Below the pieces are notes generated by a model. The model did no database searches and was not told the DNA's origin. It worked only from the letters and a program-made list of their open reading frames with translations. DNA of 64,000 nucleotides from Lingula anatina (Eukaryota > Animalia > Brachiopoda), in the NCBI GenBank assembly GCA_051362555.1, contig CM120640.1, forward strand, positions 59,188,788 to 59,252,787, in the 5' to 3' direction. Positions 1 to 14,500 of the stretch are shown in pieces. A program made the position numbers and the translations under genes. Positions within the stretch are counted from its first letter, which is position 1; each line of letters begins with the position of its first letter.

Positions 1-459
1 TTCCGAATACAAAACAATCAACACTTGATATATGTCTGCATGCGTTGACTTACTTTACAACCAGAACAAGGTCAAAGGGTGCCACTATGAGTACATGATA
101 ACCTTTGGGATCATCTGCTTATCTTAAGTGACTTATTATTTCAGCTTCTTGTGAGAGGTGGTACACATAGAGTCTAACACTTATCTTTACGAGTATGGTT
201 TTGAATACTCAAGACTTACATCATTTTATAAACACTTAAAAATAGCCATAAACTTAATGAATAAAAGATCTCTCAGTTACGTATCAAGGTAAAAAATCTT
301 ACAGTACAGTCAACATGCTTAACATCTTTGAAAAGTCTCCCAACCGTTTTCTGCCCATCTCACCCCTATATACAGCTCTCAACTTAACCTTTAACAGTCT
401 GTCCCAGCCTCTTTAGTCCCCTCCCGTCTCACTGATCAATCTTTACCCTCCATACCAAC

Positions 460-3400
460 CTGTCTTTGATCTGCCATCCATCCTCCATCAACAAATAGTA
501 AAACATTGTAAATTCTCTCCACTGTGGTCTGAAAGAAGAGGGATAATTGTAGAGAATATTATCATTACCCCATTATTTAGTGTATTGACCTGACTTTTTT
601 TTTACTTTTATTTTTCATTTATATGAAGCAAAAACCTTAGTTGGCACTGTTTTAGATTTTTTAAATGAATAGCTTATCAGGTTCTTAGTTTCGCATAAAC
701 TCTTTCCAAATTGTATTTTTTTTCTATTCACTTTTATAAAACATGAAAATTCTTGGATTTTTTTTGACCCCCTGCATAAAAGTACTTTCAACTTTGATAT
801 AAAAGCAACTAAGTAAGATAGTAAAGTACAAGCTACATTCCCACATACTTTGGTTTGCAACTCTAGGGAGCGGCGCCACCTATCCATATCTGCCTCATAC
901 TGTTTCTCCCTGTGCTCAAAGGCCACCCTCTCAGTGAAGCTGGCTTTTTGAGGAACATCTGGCTTACTGGGCTTTGCATTGTGGTAGTGCTCAAACCAGT
1001 CATTAAAAGAATCATGGGCATCCTAAAGTGATGAAGAAATACTAGTCTCTTTGCCACAAAACTATCTGCATGGTGTTTACTATAAACTCATTTCTAGTCA
1101 ACATTTTGTTTAAACTATCACTTAAAAATTATGTGGTACCTTGGAGATCAGATACATGACACAATATTTTTGCAAGTCAGCAAATTATCACAGAAAAATT
1201 GAGGCCCACATCAGTATCCATAAAACTCATTTATACTCAAATAAGCAACACAATTCAATTTAAATTTCTTCATACACTTTAAAATAACATACTATATCCA
1301 TCAATTTAATCTCCTTTTCACTCACCAGATAGGCCTTGTGACACAAGTATTCTCTGATTGCATTGTCATCTTCTGCTGGTAACTCTGTGGTGCCATGCTT
1401 GATAAAAAAAGGAAAATATTACAATAAATTCAAATTAAATAAATTAAATAAATAAATCTTATGTAATTATTGTTCTGATAGTTGAAGAAGCAAATTTTCT
1501 TTATTTACTTGTTCTTCATTTTTACTTCCTCTTTATTTTCTGAGGTGAAAGATGATAAGTCAATGAAAAACTTTGAATTATATAAGTATCAGTCTTCTAA
1601 CACTTCAATACGTGTAACTCATTTAATGTAAACACAAACCTGCATCTGACAATTTCTATATATTATATCTATGGACCCAGGGGGTATTTTACTGAACACT
1701 TCTCTGGCTGCAGCATGCTTCTTCAAGGCTGTAGATATGTAACATGTATTAAAATAAAACTCTTCACATTCTCTTTTATAATCAAGTGTGAACAAATATG
1801 ATGACACACACACACCCAGGCACACGCACAAAAAGAGATGCTTTAGACAAATGAGTGGTGTTTTCACTTTAACAAAAGATACAAAGCTTTATTTGTCAGA
1901 AAGTTGAAAGAAAGAATGCAACTGTTGGAAGCTCAATTAAAATTAAGACTCTTTCTTACTGTGGACTGAGTTGTACTTTTCTTTCTTAAACTCGACACTC
2001 TGTTTTGCATTACCTATGAAGGTCCTCATGACGGCATTGGCCTGCCGTACAGCTTCTGCTCTCTGGATTGGATCAAACACCAGCCAATCAATTGCCTCTA
2101 TCTTCTGATGGTCTTCCTACAACACAAAACAAATACTGTAAATTTTTGATAACATGATTACTTTGACATACTAATCAGAATAGATGAGATGAATATGATA
2201 GCAACAGATACCTCATCTTACTTTGACATTTCAAAGAGAAAATGAAAGAAATGTAATCAAAACATGTAATTTCTAAGTCTTAAGAAACATCCTTCAATTT
2301 AGGATAAAAGTTTGTGCTTCACAAACAGCCTACATAATGTGCTGAAATGACATTCACTGTTATCCCCATATAAAGCACAAACACACCTCTGTAGTGGCAG
2401 CTTCTAATGCAGCATCCCGGTCAATCTTAAAATCAGGGCCCTTTGTTCTTATTTTCTCCACCACTAATTTGGTTATATTGGGAATGTCCAGTCCAGCTTC
2501 TTCAGCTAGTGCCAAACATTGCTGCCTGGCTTCCCTGTCCTCTATACCTGTAGTATAGGGAAGATGATATGGTGTTGAATATGTGGCTTCAAATTGCTTA
2601 TAGAGATGATTTTAGTTAAATTAATATCCATTTCGTAAACAGCACTCAAGTTTCACCTTTACATTTTATGAGTAGGGATAATTTTTTGAAAATCTAAATT
2701 TTTGTTTGTGCTTAAATAAATGCAGTGGCTGCAGAATTTTTCAGTTCCTTAATTATGTTAGTCTTCTTGATAGTCTTCTTATGAAACAGGTATTTTATTA
2801 CTTAGGTTGTCACTTTCAGCACTGACTCACAAATTAGGATAAAAGCAGCAGGTGCTCTCACCTTGTAAAAACCTAGCATACCACTCCAGCTGTAGGTCCT
2901 GAGGCAGAGTGGACACATAATGTGCAACCAGGGTGGTGTGTTTCTCCTCTATCAAACTCATCACATAGCTCTCTAGGATGAAAGTACACATCTCTTCCTG
3001 GAAAGAATGAACAAGAGTGAATAAAGGGAACAAAACATTGTCTACTTACATAAAAGAGCAGTGTAACTAAATAATTGGTACATTTATATAAGAAAGATTG
3101 TCTCCTCAATCATTAGCCCAAGAAATAAAATGGACGAAAAACAAACATTTGGTGTAATAATATAGACTAAAACCAACTACTTCTTGCAGGACTTCTATAA
3201 GACAGGAATCAACACTTACTTTAGTGGTTTTTCCTATAGTCCTGAGGAAGAGTACCAAGTGTGCCATGAAGCGGATAAGATGGTGTGGAGGCTTAATGCC
3301 AGAGTTTGACAACCAGCTGTACATCTCTTCTATTAAACCTAAGTAAACCAATACATTATCAGTTAGCCATAATCTAAACAAAAACAAATGGCAGTAATAT

Positions 3401-6400
3401 TAACCAAATCTAAAATTGGGAAAAATGCCAAAAAAGCATACACTTTCAACAACAAGCACGGTGAGTGAGAAAATACACTCATTATTCATTTAATAACATT
3501 CTTTACAAAAATTCATACAGCATAAAATTAATGAGAAATTAGTTTATGGGATACAACCCATGTTTTCAATCAATCATTTTGACATCCTGCTGTATTATCT
3601 TACCTGGCACATCATCTAGTATGATATACTTCTGAATTATATGGTATTTTTCATTTGCCTCCAATCTGACCTCCTGAAACATTTTTGTGACAGCTGATTA
3701 AGAGAAACCAATAACATTTTATGTTCTGGGTTTGCACAAAGCCCCATAAAAATTTTGACTCAAAAATGTTATCTGCTAATAAACAGGAATATTTCTTGCA
3801 TTTGGAATAATATATGCTAAGGAGTTAAGAACATCTACAGATCAATGCATATAAATTAAGATTTTCACCATTCTTGATGATAAAGACCACCACTTCTAAT
3901 GTGCACTAACAATATCCTGAACTCATAAATATAATCAATATATGAATATATGTTACATAAATGACAGTTGGTGATAACAGCATTCCTGTATTTATACATG
4001 ATACAGAAACAATTTTAGAAAGGATCAAAACTTACATCATTGTCACTTGCTTGAATCTCTTGAAATATTGCCTGTGGTGTTAACCTAATGAAAAAGTTTT
4101 TTCAACATAAAGTCTTGAAAGTAACCTTTCCAATTGTGCTATTAAAACCAATAAAATTTTCAAATTCTCCCCCCCCCCCAAAAAAAAAATAATAAAAAAA
4201 ATAATAATAAAAAATAAATAAATAAAATAAAAATATAGTCGAGTTTCTGTTGCTTATGGTCTTTCCCAAGTATGCACGACCATCTAATGATCAGGCATGA
4301 GATTTGGTTTTGATAAAAAAGTCTGAAAGATTTTTCGAAGAAAAATCTTAACGCACACGTAAACGAGCGACAAGTCGACAACTCGACAAATTTTCAAATG
4401 CAAGTTCAATGTCTTCATACGACATACACACAACCGATCTAGTAAAACAACCTACCTGAATTTATTCTTAATCCCTTTATCGATTTCTCTGACTCTATCG
4501 TCGTTTACACCGGCCTCAAGTAGCTTCATTTTCCAAAACGCAAAAGCGACACACGATACCACATGGAAAAAACCGCGCAGCGCTATATGAACAGGATACA
4601 GGCCGTTTTACGGTAATTGCATTCAATGACTGTATAAATGTCGTATAGATGTCGCAAAAGTTTCCCCCTTGATAACAGTGCGTCCCAGAATCGATATATA
4701 TGTACGGTTGGTAACGTTTTTCGGCAAGGTCAAAATTGAAAACATGCGAGTGCCGATGAGTGAAGGGTCTCGCCGGGGAAGGGAAGGGTACCCCTACCCC
4801 CCCCCCTGAAATTTTCTCAACGGATTTGCAATGATATAAAAAAATGACATTTTTGAAGGAAAAAAGTCGGAATTCCGCCAAAAGACGGAAAAATCTCATG
4901 CCTGAATGATAAAAATAAGTATTTCAGTTTGTACTATTACAAAAATTCTTAACCTTTCTGTGTGCATCCTTTTGAAATACACTTAAGAGGGAAATGCCAT
5001 CCAAAAGATAGGCTCCTAAAATCCTTTTTGATGACACATGTTCTCATATAGAACCACTGTCTTAACATAAACAGCTTCAACAGCAGTCCAATAACAAAAT
5101 AATCTAATTGGTTCACAAACAATTACACTCTTATATATCATTTTTCAAATAATAATGTAACATGCATTTTATCCCAGAAGGCTCCAGGCAGCTGTTCCAG
5201 AGGTCTGTCAGTCATAGTGGCCACTCTGATCTCCTGCTCCACCCTGGCATCCACCATACACTTGAAGTAGGCCCACAGACAATCTTCCCATGTCTCACAG
5301 GCAGGAAGAAGCTCTTTCAGGTTACCACTCAGTGCTGCATATGTGGCTTTCTCATACAGGTTAAATCTGTCCTGTAGGCACATTAACACAAATGATATCA
5401 AAACCTATGCAAATGTGGCCTTCTTAGAAAAAAATGTCCTTTAAGTGATTTTTAAGCTTCTAATGTTATTCAGGGCTGCATATGATAAAAAAAGATTGGA
5501 AAAATACTTAAACATTTTTATTTTCAATTTTGTATATAAGTTAACTATGCAAATGTTGCAAAATGTGCACTTACTATGAAATGTGGTGGTAGCTTCATTT
5601 TTTTTTATTAAGGCAATCAATACTTTTGATGGTAAAAAGGGAGCAATATTTGCTATTCATGAAATATTTGATATTCAATAAACAAACAAACAAACAAACA
5701 AATAAATAAATACATACATTAAAACCTTCTTTGACCCTTTGAAAATTATAGTTGACATTAAAGAGAAACATCACCTGGCAATGCTCCATCTCTTACCTCC
5801 TGTGCCATCCTCCAACACACTGCTTTCCACACATCTCTGTATGGATTCCCCTCCACAGCAGAGACCTCACCCCCTGGGCCTAGGCTGTGGTAATTGGGAT
5901 CATGGTACAGTCTCCACCCCTCCAGAGTAGCTGCCCTCCATGCCTGGCCACACTTTGAGCACAGACGCTGAGCCTAAAGTCAAAATAGGAAAGTGTTTTA
6001 TAATATTACTAAAGGGTCATAGAAGAATATATATATAATTGTTTTATCAAAATATTGAATTCTATGATGAAGCTAGAAGAAATGGAGACAATCAAATATC
6101 GTTTTCTTTTCCACTGCAATGTAAAACTTCAAGTGAGGTATATTTATTTGACATTATGAGGAAAAGTTACTTTTCACAATTCATCATTCAGATTGCTACA
6201 ATTCAATTTTTTAACATGGCTGCATATCTATTCATTCCATCAAACGACAAGAGCACAATAAGAAATGAAAAAATCTTTTTGAAATGCCATGACTTTGCAG
6301 TGTGTGTGTGAAAATTTCACTAAATTACCTCATCTAATTGCCCAGCCCTGATATAAACAAAGATGTATTTAAGTAAACGACCCTCGTCTTCCTGGTCAAG

Positions 6401-9400
6401 ATCAGCTAGAGGTCGTTTCTGTCTGACTGGAGCATCAGGGTCCTAAGATCAACAAATGACAAGCTATTCAATCTAAATGTGCAAATTTACAATGAACATC
6501 AGAGGAGCAAGCATTACAAATATTCAATCTATGCTTATATGACCAGTCAAAAAAATCCATGACGTAAAAATTCCAAAACAATATGACATAATTTCTCTGT
6601 CCCTGATGGACAGTGAAAATACTTTTAAGTTCTAAACTGAGATAATTTTCAGATATTTTTCCCCTCACCATTTTATCCACAATTGGTCTGTCGTAGCCTG
6701 CTGGAACAGCCCCAGCTCTTTGCTGTAAGGAATGAAGTGTGTTCTCCCTGAAAATATAGTTTTAGTTAGCAACAACATTTTACATAATCCTTCATTAGGT
6801 CTACCTTGTGTTCAAGACTTGATTCAAACCTATAAATTGAATGAAAATGCTTAATTCACTTTGCATTGAGATAAAATACAGCAAGAAAATATATTATTCA
6901 TTATTTCACATTTTCAATAGCACCACAGTTCTGAAACACTAGTATGTTTCGCAAACCTACCATGTAACAGACTGGTCTGAAAAGAACTCCACTTTGTCAT
7001 AATAGTTTTCCAGCTCTCCAGCAGCCACTTGTTCTAACCAGTCAATCACCAGCTGACCCTGCCTTAAACTGTGGTCTGTCTCATATAGTCTGTCCACGAT
7101 TTCTTTCTCACTCATCTTTTTTCCCTGTGTTGGAAGATTTTCAATAATCAAATCTTCCAATAACAATTTTGTATAACAACCAGGTGTGACAGTCACTAAT
7201 CATATTTTCATTTTAATTAAACTTAAATTTTACTATGTCTAGTAAAAAACCACATGATCAATAAATATGTACTAAGCAAATGCAAAATACTCTGCTTTAC
7301 CTAGGCAAAGTAAATATGCATAATCACAAATACAATTTGATGGACAGGAAGTATGCTACTGACCAGTTGGTCCACTATCATATCCTCCTGATCCCCCTTG
7401 ACCTCAGTTTCCAGGCGGTCTCGAAACAGAGACCCAACCAAAGCCCATGTGTTCTTCTCCTGTTCAAGTATATTCAACACATCTATGGTTTTAGTGAATC
7501 TACAAATAAAATGAGATAAGTTGAAATTTTTAACAATGCTAGTTTCAATATACACTATAGCAATAAAAAAATACTATATGATTCAAGAGAGACAGTTTCA
7601 TTCAAGATTTACTTTAATCCATATGTGTTTGTGGAAGCCAGGGTTCTATCATTAATAAAAATAGTTATTTTATTACAGCATTTGTTAACATCGCCTTTTC
7701 AACCTGCAATTATCTAATTAAACATAATTTAACATAATTACACAAGGTTTAGTATGAAAAAATTATAAGAAAAATAAATTTCTCTCATACATCTCACTAC
7801 ATCAACCTTTGTGCAAAGAAGCACTTACCTAGAATGCCCAGGAGTGGCTCTGTTAATTAATTTCTTAAGCAGAACAACTTGTTCACTGCAGACCTGTGTA
7901 TAGCTCTTTATCAGATCAAACACCTGAGGTTCTGCAGGGTGATCTTTGACAGCCTGGAGAAAATCCCCAAATAACCCTGTTGATGCTGAAATATTTCATA
8001 CAAATCACACATGAGTCACTGGTACAATGACATAACAAGAGAATAGCGACAGTCGATAATAAAACAATGAAGTAAAAATTCAATACATCTGAGTGTCACT
8101 TGAAAATAGCACATGCTTAGAGTGTGGAATAAGAAGTTTCATTTTTAGAATATTTAGTTACCTGCAAGTCCTGGATCTTCCTCAAGAAGCAAGGCGACAT
8201 TGGTGGTGGTAATGTCCTCATCCATACCATGAGGCTATAGAGAAAAAAAAAATCCACAAAATTACGTCAGTTTAGGACAAGAGCTATTGAATCTCACTCA
8301 GGAGACAAAGAATGTTTAATGAGATTACAAAGGTTACCAGAAAAAATTCTATTCACAGGGTCACCCAAAACTTCTTGCCACCTCTTTTTAGAATATTGCA
8401 TCAAAGAATTTTGAATGGTGATTTTCACACTGTCTTATTCATGAAAGATAAAGAGATTAAATAAGTTTAAAGGAAAAAAAAGTTGGACTAAGGTTAAAAA
8501 ATCAAATGATCTTTTTTTTTAAGTTTCAAGACTTACCTCTTGAGCACCAGTTCGTAATGGAGTGAAGCCCAAGCTGTCACTGAAACTTTCACCTACTCTA
8601 GATATCTAAACAATAGAAAATTATAAAATCATTTACAGATCAAAATAAGAGTAAGAATAGCAATAATGCAAAATTATATATAAATTCTTGATCAAAAGAA
8701 ATTGCTAGGGTGTCATATTAAAATAGATGTGAAAATTTCTCACAGATCTCTGCAAGACTGTATTTAATTTGTATCACACTGTCAAAATATACCAATAAGA
8801 TAACAACATACCTGTGAGAGGGACATAGGAGTCCCCATCATCATGGACTGTCCTGGTGTGGCACCAAGTGTGGCAGAGACATCAAACTTGGCAGATGTAG
8901 GAATGGGCTTAGGAGTGTCTAATGATAAATGACATAAAAGATACTAGGTGCAATCTGTCTGTGTACAGTTAGTGCACTGCTAAATTACTTAATTTATACT
9001 TATTCTGATTCTTTGTTTTATATGATCAGCAATAAAAGTAATGACATGTGAAAAGCCAGAAATAATGGCTAACATTTGACTACACTCTTTAGCACACATA
9101 TGTGCACGCATGATAGCATGTATATGTGTGAATACTCTTCTTGGTGTATACTGAAACAATTTTTATTTTGATAAAATGTTCCTAACAAATAAAATCCTTT
9201 ACTTTAAGTCTTATTTTCATCTTGGTAAAACAGCTACCTGAAAATAAGATGTTTACAAAGGTAAACTTACATGAGCTATGTTTAAGGGGAGTTTTCCTGG
9301 CAGATCTAAGCAGAGGCCCAGGAGTCCCCACAGCCTCATCAAGCAACTGTAAAGCTGGAAAATACTTGGTCAAGGATACAACTATGAAACCTACACCCAT

Positions 9401-11258
9401 ACTGTTTTATTTGTTTTAAACACTCTGTTCAATTATGTTGACAATCTAATTTCATGTTCTTATACAATGACTGTGCAGAATACAAATTTTTATATCCCTT
9501 TAAAATATTTAGGTTTTTGTAATGAAAGTAAGAGCATTTATATTTAATTATTCCTAGTCTTAACAGGTGATAGTAGAATATGTAACATTTTTTTTCTCAA
9601 CATAAAGGATACATCTCTGTACATTAACATTAGCACTTCTCTGTTGACTTCTTGTTTTTGGCGACTGATTTTCTGTTAGCAGAGTTCCAAATGACTGTCT
9701 GTTTGAGCTATTAAGAAAAGAGAATCAATTTACCTAGTACCACCTTGGAAAAGAAAGACAACTATTAAACTAAGATATTTTACTTATTTAATTTTTTTAA
9801 AGTGTTAAATGAGAGCTCTTGTTTATTCATAATCACACTTTTACATGTTTTCTTTAATTAAAGTGAAAAACAAGGAGCCCTATATATGTATAAATATACA
9901 GTTGGTGGAAATTTGAGCAATAATATATATATACATATCCACCAACATAATAACCTTTGCTCAGGTAATTTTTGCCATTATAGGTTTGATAGTTAACGGC
10001 CTAACTAAAAAAATATGGTTGGTTTTTGCTAAATTTCAGAATATGTCAGAAATGGGTTAACATATAAGCAATAAGATTTTGGTGGTAATCCATTAACTTA
10101 TGAATAAAAATAACAATTGAGTTGCCTTGGCAGGAGATCTGCACCAACTGATTGCTTTTTTAAATTAATTTGCTGTTCAGTAGGATACAGCATGTTCATA
10201 TGATACTCACCCTTCATTTCTCAGCTGCCTTCTTCTGTCAATATTTCTGTTCATTTCTTCTGGGTCAAACTGTCCTGCAGCCTGGCGCTGGGAGTACTGA
10301 ATGGAGAATTGATTTTTAGGTCATGCTATTGTACCCTGTTTTGTTCTTTGTCTTGTACATTTTTGATGCAATGTCGTCGTCGCCACTGACGACGCAGAAC
10401 GTCGTGAGCCACGTCATCGGCCGCACACGACGCAGCACACTCGTGGAGGCCGTGACGCGCTCGGCGTTTTTGATGTGTAGTTTTTGTTCTGTTTGATGTT
10501 AGTCTTTGATGTGCCGTAAGCGGGTTTATTCTTTTATGAAAGCACAGGATTCTCTGGAAGCCTTAATTTTAGTCTTATTTTAATTCTTATTTTGATTACC
10601 AAGAATAAACTTATCTGAAAACCCCAGTTGTCGTTATTATCCCGCTTACACTATAATGCCCAATACATCACAATGGTACACTGGAGAAAATGACTGTTGA
10701 TACAACTACAAATCTGTATGGTTTGTTTATAAATTGGCAGGTCACCCTCCAATCAGACATTTAAGAAGAGGCACGAGGATTTATACAGTACATGATTTAT
10801 ATTGATAGTCAGTAATATATTTCACTATCATCTCATCCTTTTTCTTGCAAATGATCATTTTCAGCATTTCCTGGCCTCCGGATTTCTTTTCTCTAGTGAA
10901 CTGCACTGTACTGAACACTTTAGTATGATCATTGATTATAGAAGATTAACGTTTGGCAATTCTTTAGACCTTGTGAGTACTCTCTTAGATGTAAATTAAA
11001 CAAATATATACTGTATATCTTTATTATATACTTAGAATTCAATGTACTATAATATGAAAACCTTTTTAGTAGTTGCATACTGAAATTTTCACAGAAGTGA
11101 AAACTCGGTGTAAACTATGCCTATGAAGTTCGTGTCTACCGGTTTAAGATGCAACAAAATTAAACAGCATGTTTTCCACTTACAACCCATATATCGGCTA
11201 TAGTGTTATCTGGGGCTTCCGAAGAAAACCGACCCGATTTTCTTGTTCCCGAAGCCAT
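460..11258 (-). CDS. NUP107: Nuclear pore complex protein Nup107, 24 exons in window, 3' end beyond left edge
   Basis: Phase-consistent exons: 11258-11184, 10296-10211, 9707-9613, 9354-9271, 8918-8812, 8605-8537, 8234-8162, 7985-7829, 7499-7364, 7124-6961, 6747-6669, 6442-6329, 5973-5797, 5371-5166, 4084-4036, 3673-3604, 3338-3220, 2997-2862, 2547-2387, 2116-2014, 1728-1640, 1397-1326, 1022-849, 528-460. Peptides [110 protein letters not shown] match Nup107/Nup84 motifs as I recall them. Confidence 0.95.
4292..4904. mobile_element. 613-bp non-autonomous TIR element (hAT-like MITE) in a Nup107 intron
   Basis: 14-bp perfect TIR CAGGCATGAGATTT (4292) / AAATCTCATGCCTG (ends 4904). 6-bp TSD AATGAT at 4286-4291 and 4905-4910. 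Interior is CpG-richer than the flanking intron. Confidence 0.85.
9355..9612 (-). other. U12-type (minor spliceosome) GT-AG intron, Nup107 intron 3
   Basis: On the minus strand the donor reads GTATCCTTT, and TCCTTGAC (plus-strand 9369-9376) lies ~15 nt before the AG. Frame is continuous across the junction. Confidence 0.85.
10330..10650 (+). mobile_element. Solo LTR (321 bp), probably Ty3/Gypsy, in Nup107 intron 1
   Basis: TGTA...TACA termini, 4-bp TSD CTAT (10326-10329 and 10651-10654), CpG-rich 5' part and AATAAA ~45 nt before the 3' end on the + strand. Confidence 0.8.
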
Positions 11259-11556
11259 GTCTTTTTAACCCCTTTATGTGTTCTTTTCACTTAGCATTCC
11301 CGCCGACAGGAAGAATTCATTTTAGTGAAACCTCGTGACCTCGCGTTTTCAAGGCCGTTTACGGGAATTAAGCTAGAGTTGTTAAATTTGGGTTTACGAT
11401 ACTTAAAGGTTGATTAATGGTAAGCCCTATGTGAAAAATCTTACTTACCATTAGTTTTCTTATTTTTAAGTGTTTATTGAATGAAGCGTCTTCTTTCACT
11501 TTTAATCACCTTTTGCTTTCAGTTCGTCTGCTGTTAATCTCGTTTGTAAAACAAAT
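11259..11556. promoter_or_regulatory. Putative bidirectional promoter Nup107/BCCIP
   Basis: Divergent ATGs at 11258 (-) and 11557 (+), 298 bp apart, with local CpG enrichment. TSSs cannot be seen directly. Confidence 0.7.
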
Positions 11557-14500
11557 ATGTCTGCCCCCAGCAAAAAGCGTGCGCTTGCGGAAGACAAAAA
11601 TGTCAGTGGAAATGAAGCAGAAGGTGACGATGAAGAAGATATGGAAGATGATTTCTGGTCTGGAGATGATGGTGACGACCTAGATGAAGAGGAAAAACAG
11701 TTCATCAACCAGGTATATTTTTAAATTATGAAATATTCACCTCCCACAGTATCAGCACGTGTCACTTAGTTGAGACTTAGTATCCGACCTCCATCCCCCA
11801 ATAGGTCTTTGGCGTTTTCTAAATTACGGTATTTGGTGTCTTTGAACAATGCCCCTTTTATTCTACTGATGATTTTGAAGCTGTGTGTATGGGGGCGTCT
11901 CGATAGTCCGAAGTTTCATTGGTCCGAAGGTTCACTGGTTCGAAAAGTGGTAACATTTTCATTGATTTTTTAATCAAGGGTTCATTAGTAGGTATATCAG
12001 AAAATTTTTCAAACTGATCAGAAAATTATAATACTTATATCATCTGAAAGGTAATGCAAAAACCGGATGAAATCACTTGGAATTTTTTAAATATTCCTAC
12101 AAGTAGGGTGCACACATGATATTTTTCTAAGTGAGCTAGAGACTTGAAATTTGGTGCACAGATAGCCACACATTTGAGTATGAATAATCAATTTGAATTT
12201 TTAATCTATCTCATTTAGATCAAAAGTTATTCAAGTTTTAGTAACACCATGTTTGTTCTTTTTTTCAGGCGCCATTTTCAAAAATGAGACAAAAGTTGCC
12301 CCCATCATTTTTCATCCCCTTAATATTGTCACAGACATTTGAAATTTGGCACACATTAAGTACAGAAGTTGGGCATTAACCCAAAGTTTAAATTTTGGTT
12401 CTAGCATTTTCCTAAGCAGAGTTATGTGCATGTGAATTAAGCAAAATGAAGGATTTTTTGACGGTAAATGCTAGAAAATACACATTTCTTAGGTTTTATT
12501 AATCAACAAGACTAAAACTCTTGGCAGAATAGTTGTCTTACATATGAGTATTAGTACAAAATTAATGGTATAAGTGGCAAATTGTCATTGTGAAAAAAAA
12601 ACAATCATTCAAACTTAGGAACAACCCACACCCTGGGGATCATAAGGTTATTCTTGCATATATACTCCTTATTATCGAACACATATGTATAGTATGTACA
12701 TGGCACATAATTTTCTTTTATGATAAACTTCCTGCAAAAAATAAAAATGCCCCCACTTCTGAGGATGCATACCCCCATGCATATTTCCATCACCCCTGCT
12801 TATAAATGCTGATAAGGCAGTTTGTAATAAAATTCTCTCTCTCCAGCAGTTGTCTTGATATTAGTATAAACCAAAATTTAATTATATATTTCATGTCAGA
12901 AAACAATATCTGGTGAGCTTGAAAGAAAATAAATCAAGCTATATACATGTAGCACCTGTGATACTACTATTTAAACCTACTAGTAATGCATAAATGTTTT
13001 AAAGCTTAAATATCATTGAAAATTAACTTGCCACGTATGAATGATAGACTTAATTTTTTAAATTCATGTGACTTAACAGAGTTTTCTGATCCAAGATTAT
13101 ATTGAAAAAGTATAAGAATTATCTGTAACAATATTTGTGCTTCCAATTTGTCTACCAATTTAAGTAAAGAATACACAAATGTGATTTAACCTCTGTTATA
13201 GGGAATTCTTGCACCACAAAACTGATTATTTTAGTTTTAAAAAGCTGTTGGTTCAACTATACTACAGAAGTCTACATATATAAAAAGTAAATATAATATA
13301 TCAATACAAATGACAGTAAGTTTTAAAAGGGAACTTGAGCTGTTTTAAGTCTTTGGCACGGAGATATATAAAAACAACATTAGTAAATCACAAAAAAAAA
13401 AAAAAAATGGATAACCTATTGTGTCTTGTTGGCTTCCTCAAAAAAAATTTTTTTAAATTTTATTTCGATGTACGTCCATCTCCTAAAGTTCTAGATATAA
13501 ATATAATTATATACATATACTTAAATCTAAAGTTCTTCACACAAATACCTACATGTACATAGAAATTTCCAAAAGGGACTTAACAATATTCACACCTTCC
13601 AGGTCATTTGAAGTCTTTGGCAAAGATGTGTAAACAGCATACGTAAATCACACACACACACACCAAAAAAAAAAAAAAATTAATTAATTAATCAATAATA
13701 AATCTGTCAAGGCCCCATTAAGACCTTTATAATCAGTCAGAGACGCTAAACCCAAGAAGTTACAACTCCTTGCTAAACCAGACAACCAAGAAGAAGAGTC
13801 AGGATTATTCAATGTATTGATGCCGCAAAACGGATGAAAACACCTGCTCAGAGTTAAATAATTATGTCAAAGTAGCTTGTCAAAGTCCACTCAGGCTTTA
13901 ACTTTTTAGTGCATTTCACCATGATTCCCAACAAACTCATCACAATCAGGATTTTCTCTGTTATTATCACTTCTAACTGATGTATGCAAGCGATGTAACA
14001 TTTTTGTTAAGCGTACGCAGTAAAAATTGACCTCGACTGGCTGCGGTCAACAAGCGTGTGCGAGAGGGGGGGGGGGCGTTGAAATAAATTACAAAAAAAA
14101 TATTTGCCCAAATTTGCCCAAAAATCTGAAATGTTGGTTAGAAACCTTAGTCCTTGTTCTTCTACATGGCATATATTTTGTCTTGCCGCCCTTTGCCGAC
14201 TTCAAAAAATAAATCAGTTTAAAAGTTTGCCCTTAAAAATTTTCACTTCTGACCTCTCGTAGATCGCGAAAACAATACCCAAAAGGAAGTAACAGCTGTT
14301 CTCTATCACGTGTTAAGGTAGGGTTGTTCCCGATGCAGTAGTTGAGACACGCCGTGCATTGTGAGAGCGGGTTGAAATCTGATACTCTGGGGACAGTTTT
14401 AATGGCGCTTCGCGAAATAGAACAACTAACGCCACCTAGGGACGTCTGCGCTCCCTACTACAAGCAACAAAGATATTGAAGTTTTTTAACTGCAAAAATG

